This document shows, piece after piece, positions 1 through 10,234 of a stretch of DNA of 64,000 bases. How positions within the stretch are numbered: the stretch's first letter is position 1; every line of letters starts with the position of its first letter. The notes below the pieces were generated by a model. It worked only from the letters and a program-made list of their open reading frames with translations. It did no database searches and was not told where the DNA came from. The DNA comes from the human T2T-CHM13v2.0 reference genome, Homo sapiens. The translations under genes and the position numbers were made by a program. The DNA lies in NCBI RefSeq assembly GCF_009914755.1, contig NC_060933.1. One strand, written 5' to 3'.

Positions 1-709
1 CATCATGCAACCCTCACTGTCAACCTCCTCCCCGGTCTCCCTGTTTCCAGTCTCGCCCCTGCCAACCCATCCTCCACAGAGCAGTCAAAGCAAAGTTTCC
101 AGCATGCACATGAAATCCTGTTTCTGCCTTGCTTACAATCCTATGGTGGCTCCACTCTACCCTCAGGATCTGGTCCAAAACCCTTGGGGTTTGCAAAACC
201 CAAGCGACCACATCCTCTTCAGGCCCATCTCCTCCCTAACCTTCAAGATATGCCGCCCCACCATCCAGGCATGTGTCCCAGTCAGCCACAATGGAAGGTC
301 ACTCCCAGGTCTTTATGGCCTCCTCTGAAGCACTTTCCCACCCCCAGGCCTTTGCACTGACCTACCCTCCCCCAGAGTCCCACGGCACCCTGCACCGCTC
401 TCTCAGCGCTGACCACACTGGTTTGTAAATGTTTCGTTTCTGGCTCTTCTCTTCCACCCCTTCCACCTTCCCAGAGTTGGGGTCCCGGGGTTGGGTGTGG
501 GGGACCAAGAAGATTTGCCTCTGCGTCCCCAGGGCGGGCACCCCTCCACCCGGGGGAGCATTCGGAATCGCTTGTGTGTGCACGGAGGAAACAGTCCGGC
601 AAAAAGGCTCTGGTTACAGCCTGCCTGCCTTGGCAAATTCAAGCAACTGTCAGTTGAAAAAAACAGCGTTGGGTTGGACTGAGTGCAGGAGCCCAGAGGC
701 TTCTGCCAG

Positions 710-2960
710 TCTCCGCTCGCAGATTCAACCCCAACCCTACTGTCTCCAACGAGGAGCGCGACAGGACCCTTCCGCAGGCGGCGCGGTTCCCTCAGGAGGC
801 GCAGAGCACCTTCGTTGAATCCACCGCTCCCCTAAGCACAGGCGGTTCCGGACCTCGGAAACGCGGCTTCCCCAGCGGAGTGTCCAGCCCAGACCACGGT
901 CTCTGTTCCCCGTCCCGCAGTAAAGGGGAGAGGAAACAGCTTTGCCCAACCCAGCCTACTCCCCCTCGAAGAGCCGACCCCGGGTTCCGCCACCCGGCTG
1001 GTGGTATCCGGATTGGGAGCACTTTCTGGCCTCTGAGGGGAGGCTGGCTTCCGATTATTTGTGCTGCGGGAGGAGGGGGAGCCCAGCCGCGCGTAGAGAC
1101 CTTACTACGGGCCGGGGTCCTGGGGCTCAACGTTGCGCCACCTCGGCTTCGTCGCAACCCGGTGAGGTGGGGACTCTGGCATCCGGTTTTCATAGGAGGA
1201 ATCGAAGGTTCAGAGCCGGCGAGTGATTTGCCGGAAACTCCACAGGGTATGAGGCTGGGGTTGAGACCCCCTCCAAGGTGCAAAAAGTACCTAGAACCTG
1301 CGGAGCAACTGGACTGGCGACGAGGAAAGCTGGAATCCCGCATGGATGAACAGGAAGCGGGGCTGGTCTGGCAGCGCCGCGTCCTCTCTCCGGGCCGCTG
1401 ATTCTGGAATCTCCAGCGCGGGGCCAAGGGCCCACGCTCCTGGAGAAGGCGGTGAGTGCGTCCTCAGGGAGCGGACAGAGCCGGAGCAGGAAAGGTCATG
1501 GCCATCAGAAGCCGGGCAAGAGCGGCTGAGCCTTCTGTGCGCTTGGCTCGTGGGATTCTTTCCCCCTTGGCCAGGGACACGTCAAAGACTCTCCGCGCAC
1601 CGCGATCTTCCTGTCCCGCGAGTCCCCGACGCCCGAGTCCGTTCTGCGCCTACACAGGTAGGTCAGTCACAGTGTCCTCATACCCTTGGTCCGAGGTAGG
1701 CGCCGCTAGTGAACTCTCAGCAACTTTCTCATGCTCCGCGTGTCTCCCGAAATGCTGGAAGCTGTCCCAGCTCTAGGATCCTCCTGTGCTCCTCGTGGCT
1801 CAGCTCAGTTTACGAAATCGTCCTCGCGCCAGATCCTTGAGGTGGGGTTAGGGGGGATTATGTAGGTTTGGTTGCATTGCAGACTGCCCTGCAGCGTGTC
1901 CCTCACCCAGGACAGGAGTCAGCAGCACGAAGGGCGCGAGGAGGCTTATCGATCCAGGCTCCGACAGAACGACAGACTCCTTCCCAGGCGGGCTGCGAGG
2001 CCGGAGCCACTGGATTCCAGACACAGCGAAATCGGCGGCGGAGACAACGAAACTTCAAGAAACAGATGTGCAGGAACTGCCACCAGAGCACCAAAGGGAT
2101 TAGGGGGTGTGTCCACTGCCACCCCAGCCTTGCTGTGAGGTCCGGGCCTTGCGTCCCTGGATCCCGGCGTGTGAAGGACCTAGGTGCAAAGGATGCGCGG
2201 CGCTTTGGGGAGAGGTGTTACTGCTCATCCTGGCAACTGCTAAAAAGAGTAAGGTGGGCGTCGCGCACCGCAGTGCCCTCTACCCCCTGAAAGGAGAGCA
2301 GAGATATCTGGGTACTCGTGGTTATATGAAGGGAGCCCTGCGCCCTTGACCAAGTCAGACTCACTTTCCCAGCCTACTATGCTGGATACCTAGTAAGCGC
2401 TTGGTAATTATTTGTTGGATGAATGAGCCTCAACGAAAGAGCCCATCTGAGTTTCACCTCGACCCCTTCTCCCACTATTAAGCTACCCCTTTTCTGTACA
2501 AGGAAACCAAACCTCAGAGTGGAAACGCCAATGTTAGTTACCAAGCTATTGAGCCGAGAGGCCGAAACTCAAACGGAGGTTCACTTATTTTAGGTTCAAG
2601 ACCTTCTTGAAGGCTTTAGATCCTGTGAGGCGAACAAGGTGGGTTGGAGGTGGGGCCCTACCTATTCTCTCTGCTCCTTCCCTTCTAGGTAAACCCGTAG
2701 GGGAAGAAGCCAGAGGGGGAAAAAAAACCCAGAACCAGCAATTAAGAGGTTAAAACGACCGCTTCTCGGAGGTCCCGGCCCCGAGGCTCCTCCCCCAGCT
2801 CCCCTCTCGGCTCCCCCAACATCTGTCCCCCAACAGCTGGCCGCCGCTGGGCCGCTCTCTGCCGCGGTGGGGGGCCGCTTCCCGCTCTGCGCTTCCCCTG
2901 GGACCCTCGCTTTGCGGGAGGGGGTAGGCTTCTCCCGCTGGAGCCCGCGACAGAGCTTGG
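710..2960. promoter_or_regulatory. Intragenic CpG island(s) in LHX6 intron 4
   Basis: CpG-dense blocks at about 710-2300 and 2740-2960, well inside an intron. Confidence 0.75.
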
Positions 2961-5512
2961 GCTCAAGGCGGAGGGCCAGAGAAGGCTAGGGGCTTGCCTG
3001 AAGTCGTTTGGGCCTAGCTGGGAAGAGGAACTTTAGCCTCCAGGGCACTCACTGAACCCCCACCCCCATAAACACGAGGGGAAGCAGTTAACCCTTTACT
3101 CCCCACTCCCATTGTCAGAAGGCAGGAGGGCCAGGGACCGCAGTGACCTGATATTGACAAAGGTGCTCCATTCACAGGCCTCTGAGGTCACTCCTGCCTA
3201 AGTGTTGCAAGATCACCCAGGGAGCCACACATCAGAAAACACAGCGGGCGTGCCAACCAAACTGGGCAGGGACTCTTTGGATCAGCAGAGAGGGGCCCCA
3301 CGATGCACAGACGGGTGGCTGATATATCTCACCTATAGGAGAGTATGGGGGTGTTTAGGGGCAGGGATGGCGGAGCCAGGCAGCTATAGGGCTTATCTAG
3401 TCTCTACCACTTAGCCCTGTGACCTCATCTCTCAGGGCCTCAGTTCCTCGATCCCACCCCCACGCCACCATACTGTGGGATTATGAGAGTATCATACACA
3501 CAAGGTGGACCTGAGAATTAAATGAGATAAAGCAGGTAAAGGGTTAGCCCAATTCCTGGCTTAGACAAGAACTCCATACGTTATGATGACTGGTGTCCTG
3601 TGTCACTGTAAGCAATGGCACTTTCCCAGGACATTAGTCTCCCCAACTATACAGCAGGCATGATGTTCCAGCAGGCTGGGGGAGCCAGGTGGGCACTGCA
3701 GATCGGGCCATGCCCTATTGTAGGGCAGCAGCTGCAGGTATGTCTGGGGCTATGGTTGTCGGTAGCAGGGGAAATGTGAATGTCCCGGAAAGGAGCACTA
3801 TTTTTCCTCCAGAATTTTCTTCCATTTTTGGAAGAAAACAGAAAGAAAAATGGTCTTCACCAAAAGGTGAAGAAATTAAGAGTCCTGTCACATTTTTCTG
3901 GTGGTATTTTTTTTTCCTGCTGGGAATCTCAGGGAGTAAGGGGAGGTAGAGATCTGGATAAACGCACAAGGGTTGGTAAGGACCCTGTTTAGAGTGTGAA
4001 TTGGAGAAACTGAGGCAGAGTCCAGTGGCCTGGCCAAGGACACGCAGCCAATGAGAACCAACCTCTCCCAACAATGCAAATGAGCCAGGAGCAGCACTGG
4101 ACCTCCATGTCTTCTCTAAGCTTTGCAGACCCTCTCCCTGGTGAACTTGGAGTTCCTTCCTAACCTTTAATTCCCTGAGCCACCAGTGCTAGCTCTGCCA
4201 ATGGAGACTGAAGGAGGGTCTATAAGATGATGTCAAGGAGGGACAAGGTGGGGGATAGAACCTAGGTGACCCTCTTCCCTGGGGAAAATGCCAGAGGTTA
4301 GAGGACCATGGGATCTCCATGCTCCCCCTCCATGGGGCCTTGGCCACTCCCTTCCTCCCCCTTGCCCCGTTGGGAGCTCTTGGCCTCTCTTTGGGCAGAG
4401 TGCTCCAGTCCACATCCTACCAGACCCTTGACCCCGGGCTTCAGGAAACAGAAGCCTAGAGAATCTCAGCATGTGACCCCTCCCTGGGCCCCAGCTCCTT
4501 AGAGGAAAATTCTGCCTCCCACGCCACCATTCACACTCTCTCCAGGAAGAACTTCCTCATAGCAGCCACCCAGAGCTTGGGCTGCAGTGCAGTGCAGACA
4601 ATAGTCCTTGCCTGGCACTCGATCGGCTTTTTCTTTCCCTTTTTGTGGGTTTTATTATTTTTGTTACAGGTGGGGCTGCCAGGGATGGGTTATGCCTGCA
4701 GGGGGAGAAATGATCAGAAGAGCCACAATTCTACCCTCAACCCAGGGAATGTGAGCTTTTACTGCCTCCATTTTCTTAACCAGAAATCTGGTTTAGTTTT
4801 GCTTTCAGGGCTCTTGTCATTGGAAAAAGATTAGTGCTCAGAACCTGCAGCCCAGAAATGGCCCAGTCCCATCCCTCCAGGCAGGCTCTGCTCCTCAAGC
4901 TGCGTGGGGAAATGCCATCATGGGCTTGTGCCCAGCATCCACCCTGCCAATGATGACAACAGTGATAATCGAGGCATTCATACCAACCACCATTTAGGGA
5001 GCCTTTATAGAGACTTCCCCCCAACAGTGGCCTCTTTGGCAGCTCTGGGAGACAGCCTTGGAAAGGGCGAACTAAGGGCCGAGAGAAGCAGCAACTTGCG
5101 AAGGTCACTACTGGCCAGACTGGGCCCAGTCTCCTGCCTCTTCCCACAGTGGCTGCACACCCTACTCTCTACCCCATTGCAGTAGGAAGAGAACTCCAGA
5201 ATAAGGGGAGGCTCTGAACAGTGGAGTCAGGATCCGTGTTTTGACTAGTTTCAAGGTCTAGTAAAGCACAGTATCCAAGGAGGCTCAGTCCAGCATGGGC
5301 ATGGGCTAGGGCTGGAGAAGTAGAAAAGAAATTTGGGCAAGTAGTGAATAAGACTGCCAAATCTATTGTTAGGAGAGCCAGGAGAGGTGTCCTAGTGGTG
5401 CCTTAGTCTATGGGAGAGACCCAGACACCATTCTGCTGGGTTCCCAAGCTGGCACCTTAAATTTAGTAGCTGATGAATCCAAGGAGCCCCCAAGCATCAT
5501 CTGGCATGTTTT

Positions 5513-5817
5513 TTTGTATGTTTGTTTGTTTGTTTTTTGAGACAGAGTCTCTCTCTGTTACCCAGGCTGGAGTGTAGTGACGTGATCTTGGCTCACCACA
5601 ATGTCCGCCTCCCAGGTTCAAGTGATTCTCTTGCCTCAGCCTCCTGAGTAGCTGGGACTACAGGCACGTGCCACCACACCTGGCTAAGTTTTGTATTTTT
5701 AGTAGAGATGGGTTTCACCATGTTGGCCAGGATGGTCTCGATCTCCTGACCTTGTGATCTACCAGCCTTGGCCTCCCAAAGTGCTGCGATTATAGGTGTG
5801 AGCCACCACACCCGGCC
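5513..5817 (-). mobile_element. AluS element
   Basis: Full Alu; 15-bp TSD catctggcatgtttt at 5498-5512 and 5818-5832. Confidence 0.95.
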
Positions 5818-5978
5818 CATCTGGCATGTTTTATACCAACTGGAGTCAGGCCTAGAGCAGGGAGGTGGCTAGACAGTGACTGTAACCTCCATTTCCTGTC
5901 CTGGCCAAACCAATACTCAGATGGGACAGTGAGAGGAGACATCACACTCTGGTTACACACCATTAACCCCTGTCTGAC

Positions 5979-5998
5979 TACACACACACACACACACA
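5979..5998 (+). repeat. (CA)n microsatellite
   Basis: Direct reading. Confidence 0.9.
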
Positions 5999-7867
5999 GC
6001 CGTCCAGATTCACAAATACGTTCTTATCACCCCCTTCATCCCTCAGTGCCTGGGTGGAGGCCTTAAGCAGGAATGCCCCCTCAGAGGAGAGGGTGGGAGT
6101 GGAATGATGGGATTTCAGAATCCCCTCACCTCACCCTCTCACCTCCAGATCCTAGTCCAGATGTAATCCTGTCCTCACCACTTTGCGTGCACGTGCACGC
6201 ACACACACATGCACACACACAGTCTCAACATTCACATACAGACACCCACTCTTGACACCCACACATGAACTAAAAGACAAACGTTGGTCCATAAAGGAAC
6301 ACACATGCTATCTACATACCCCCAACCCTGCCCAGTGATGCTTTCCCCAGCACTACTGCACAGATCCCAGACAATACAGACACACAGGCACTCCTTGCAC
6401 ACTGAGTCCTAGGCCACTTGGTTGAGCTGCCCCCACCCCACCCCAGCTGCACACTCTTCTACATCCATCCCATAAAGGAAGAGTCCGTCTCTTTAACCAT
6501 GCTTCTCATGGTTTTCAGAGTACCCTTGCCCCAAATGCTGCCAACCTCCCCCTAGACTCAAGATCTTCTCTTTCCAGATCGCTGGAGGCTCAATGCCAGT
6601 GCACAGGAGGAGATCGCCTTCCACCATATTCCCTGACTCCCAGAGGCTCTTTCTAGGGCAGGGGTCTGGCCAGGAAGACTGAAGCCATGACGTCTTCCTG
6701 TGCAAGGATAGGAAAGATGTCTGTGGGTTGGAGGGTAGTTATAGGGAAGCAGCTTTCTCCACTTTTTGAGAAAGCACTTGGGAACAAGCATCCCTCTCAG
6801 GAAGTAATTCTCCACCATTCTCCTCTGATCCTATAGGCCTGGTGGTCCAAGCCTCAGGCCAGTTGATGCCTCCCACTGGGATCAGCAGACAAGGCCATGA
6901 CCCTGCAGTGACCTCGACCCCATAATCAGGTCAGGTCCGGGCTTCATGGCTAGAAGCGAGGCCCAGGCGAGTGGCCAAGACGCGGCAGGACAGGAGGATG
7001 CGCCTGGCTGCTCTCGGCTGCTGGACGCGGCCTGCAGTAGGGAGAGCGCAGCCCGGGGTAATCCCACTCAGGGCTCCGGGTGCCCAGTTCTCCCACTTCC
7101 CATCCTGGCGGCCTAAAGGCAAGGCCTAGACCCTGGAGAGGCCAAAGTCGGGCCAAAACAACAGCGAAGCTGGGACTGGAACAGGCGCTGGGGGCCTGCG
7201 CATGACCCCAGGCTCAGAATGCGACACTCCAGTGACGCCGGGGAATGAGTTGAGATGGAGCCGGAGACAGAGGTTGGGGTTCAGGACGAGGCGCTTGGGT
7301 ATGGGATCGGATCTGAGACGGTTGCGGCGCTGGTGCTTTGGGCTGGACCAGACTCGAACCCAGAGCGGAGCGAGGGTCAGAGCCAGGGCAAGAGTCCGAA
7401 GCCCAGCTCAGCGTCCAGCCCGCGAGAGACCCCACCATGAATGACGTCCGAGTAGGGTTGGAACTCGAAGCCCGAACGCACTGGAAATGCAGCCGGACGA
7501 CGGCTGGGATCCGAGTGGGTCCGGGCCAGAAATGGGGACCTCAGAGCTCCACCGAGGCGCTCGAGGTCAGAACTGAAGCCTGAGACTTAGGCAGGACCCG
7601 AGACAGAGCCAGAGACGATACCGAAACCCAATGGACCGCGAGGACCGAAGGCAGATCCGGGGCGCAAACCTGTGCAGGCACTGGCGCGCTGCCTGGAGCT
7701 CTGGGTTCGCGCCGCTGAGCGCCGGCAGGTTGGACCAGCGCTGCGCGCCGGAAGTGCACTCGGGACGCCGGGGTTCTGGAGGAGAGACCACACGCCGCAA
7801 AAGTGGCCTCCGAATGCGCCCGGGGCCTGCCCTCGGCGACACTGCTGGCTCGGCGGCCGCAGCCTAC

Positions 7868-7989
7868 CTGAAGTAGTCCATCTTGCAGAAGATCTCCTTG
7901 TTCTTGATGTAGCAGCTGTTCTGCTGCCTCAGCGACGTGCGACACACGGAGCACTCGAGGCACCGCACGTGCCAGATGAGGTTGTTGAC
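7868..7989 (-). CDS. LHX6: LHX6 exon 4 ([41 protein letters not shown]), rest of LIM1
   Basis: Acceptor cag|GTC at 7990/7989, donor AG|gtaggc at 7868/7867, 122 nt; WHxxCLxCxxC...CxxDY LIM signature; later exons are outside the window. Confidence 0.97.
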
Positions 7990-8339
7990 CTGGGGACGGG
8001 GCGGGGACGGAGGTCGGCTCAGCGCGGGCCTCTTTCACTCCGGGCCCCAGCCTTCCCGGTCTCATTTACAGTCAGAGGCGCTGAAGCTCAGAAGGTGCAT
8101 GCGATTCCCCTATTTTTCTCCCGTAATACTGAGACTCAGGGAAATGGAAATAAACTCTTCTTATTTTTCAGACGGAACCCGGGGGCTCAGGCAGACCCTA
8201 AGTCTTGCCCAAAGCTTCGCAGTCGGGCAGCAGTGGAGCCAGGATTTGGAAGTAAGAGGACCTGCGGTGCTTCCCTGCAGTCTCCTGCGCTGCGTCCCAC
8301 GCCCCGACAACACGCACGCAACACCTACCCCTGTCTCAC

Positions 8340-8522
8340 CTTGAGCAGATATCGGTCCAGGATCTCGAGGCCGCAGCTGGAGCAGATGTTCTTGCCTGCA
8401 GACGGCACGGAGGAGGCGGCAGAGGGCGGTGAGCAGACAGATGGCGTGCTGGGCGTACATGGGGAGGCCTGACCCTCGTCCTTGTCCAGAGCTCCTGCCA
8501 GGGCCTCGGCGTCAGACTGAGC
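8340..8522 (-). CDS. LHX6: LHX6 exon 3 ([10 protein letters not shown]...[19 protein letters not shown]), start of LIM1
   Basis: Acceptor cag|GCT at 8523/8522, donor AAG|gtgaga at 8340/8339, 183 nt; CxxC LIM zinc ligands. Confidence 0.97.
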
Positions 8523-8900
8523 CTGCGGCGGGGGAGAGAAGGAGAGGAGCGCTGATCCGGGCACCCAGAGTTGGGGCTGCCTTGGAGACAAATCTGGGGC
8601 CCCCGAGCACCAATTGACAACGAAATCTCCCCAGGACAATGCGCCGTAGACTGAAGGACAGGGATGGAAGGGCCTATTGGAGAGGAAGGGACGGCCCCAA
8701 CTTTTAACACGCGCATTCTGGGTGCTGGGAGCGGTTAAAGCCAACATTCCCTGCCGGAAAACCGAGGCTCAGAGAGGGGCGGCGCCCGCCGGGAGTCCCC
8801 CAGAGCGTGAGCAGCAGTTCGTGGCCGGAAAACCTGGCCAGGTCCCCAGGGCCGGGCCGCTGGAGGACTGGGCACCGCAGGCAGGGCCAAACGGACTCAC

Positions 8901-8972
8901 CATGGCGGGCGGCGCGGTCCCTTCAAGACAGCGGGTGGTCGCTTTGCAGCCGGACCCTGGCTGGGCCATCAC
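8901..8972 (-). CDS. LHX6: LHX6 exon 2 ([24 protein letters not shown]); ATG at 8969 starts the shorter MAQPGSG isoform
   Basis: Acceptor ccccag|GTG at 8973/8972, donor ATG|gtgagt at 8901/8900, 72 nt. Confidence 0.95.
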
Positions 8973-9054
8973 CTGGGGGAGGGGGGGAGGGAACGCAGGC
9001 GGCGGCGGCTGCTGAACTGGCTCCGCACAGCCTGAGCCCAGCGCCTCCCCGCGC

Positions 9055-9430
9055 CTGTTATATAAACCGGCGCCGAACAATGAGTCCTAACTTTGTAGTG
9101 GGCATTTAAAGCCCTTCCCCACAAAAGCGGTGTCTCTCTAATGAAGCAATTTGAATTTGGATTGGATTTTTTCCCTCTCTCTCCCCCTCTCCCTGCACTT
9201 AACCCGTGGCTCTTGAAGTAATCGCTTAGTTCCCTTGCAATCCAAGCCTCTGAGGGGGGAAGAAAAACACGCGCACACACACACAAACTACCTGCAATTA
9301 GAAATTGTCGTGAATGCCCAAGATAAGAGGTAGCCAGAGTGTCAATTCCAACTGTCAATCAGTGAGATCCATCAGGCCGCCCAAAGAATTGCAAATTTGA
9401 TTTTTTAATGGTAGTAATTAAAAATCGAAT
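9055..9430 (-). promoter_or_regulatory. Candidate internal LHX6 promoter/enhancer upstream of exon 2
   Basis: TATATAA on minus (9064-9058), SOX AACAATG 9076-9082, CCAAT on minus 9165-9161, NKX2-type GCACTTAA 9195-9202, PBX-MEIS TGATTGACAG on minus (9361-9352), TAATTA 9415-9420. Confidence 0.65.
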
Positions 9431-9798
9431 TTTTTCTCTCTCCACCCGCCCCCCCACCCCACTCCCCTTCCTCGCTCCCTTCTCCTCTCGGCACAAAATG
9501 CAAAAAGGAGAAAAGAGAGAAAGAAAGAAAATAAAAAAGAGATGGGTGAGGGGCGGAGGGTGGTTGAAGAAAAGAAAACCCCGAGCGCGGTGAGCACCCG
9601 CCCGCCCGCCCGCCTGACACGCGCGGCGAAATTGAAGCAGCTATATTGACACGGATTCAGGCGCCTTTCGAGGGCCAGTCGGAGGGAAACCCGGAGCAAA
9701 AAGAGAGCGAGATCGGGGCGAAACGGGACCAAAAAGAGAAAAGAGAGGCGCTCAAGGGGAGGAAAAAGCACCCTCCAGCCCCTCGGCGCGCCGGGTAC

Positions 9799-9849
9799 CG
9801 GCCCCGCGTCGGGATTCTCAGCGCTGCGCCGGCACAACCCCCGGCGCAT
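9799..9849 (-). CDS. LHX6: LHX6 alternative first coding exon (MRRGLCRRSAENPDAGP)
   Basis: ATG 9849, 17 codons, donor CCG|gtaccc at 9799/9798, phase 0 so in frame with exon 2 (GTG ATG GCC); matches my recollection of an alternative LHX6 N-terminus. Confidence 0.7.
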
Positions 9850-10150
9850 CGGCGCTATCAGCGCCTATTCAGACGGACAATACCGGCCTCGCCTCCTCTT
9901 GATTCGCCTGTGTCTTTACTAAATCGCTTTTTGAGAAATTCCTCCAACATTTGCATAATGTGTTCCCGCTTTCCGCGACCCCCCCCCCCCCCGCTCGCGC
10001 GCGCGCTCCCACACTCACAAGCACACACTCACAGGCGCACCCTCGTACCCCTCCTTCCTGCAACCGCCCGCCACCCTGCTCGGCCCGGCTGGGTCCCGGA
10101 CCCTGCCCGACCCCGGCCCGGGCCGCTCACCCAGTCGTTCGCCGGCTCAC

Positions 10151-10234
10151 CTGGTCGGTGGCGGGGCCGCCCTCGGCCGGCAGCCGGCAGCCCTCGGGCA
10201 ACGCCGGGGCGGCGTTCTCATGCTTCCAGTACAT
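10151..10234 (-). CDS. LHX6: LIM/homeobox protein Lhx6, coding exon 1 (MYWKHENAAPALPEGCRLPAEGGPATDQ)
   Basis: ATG at 10234, 84 nt (28 codons), donor CAG|gtgagc at 10151/10150; phase 0 joins exon 2; peptide recognised as the long-isoform N-terminus of LHX6. Confidence 0.93.

Noticed and set aside
5-2349. Many overlapping 100-210 aa ORFs on both strands
   Set aside because: GC-rich intron; none encodes LIM2 or homeodomain sequence or any recognisable domain
7672-8472. 266-aa plus-strand ORF
   Set aside because: Antisense shadow of LHX6 exons 3-4 in GC-rich sequence
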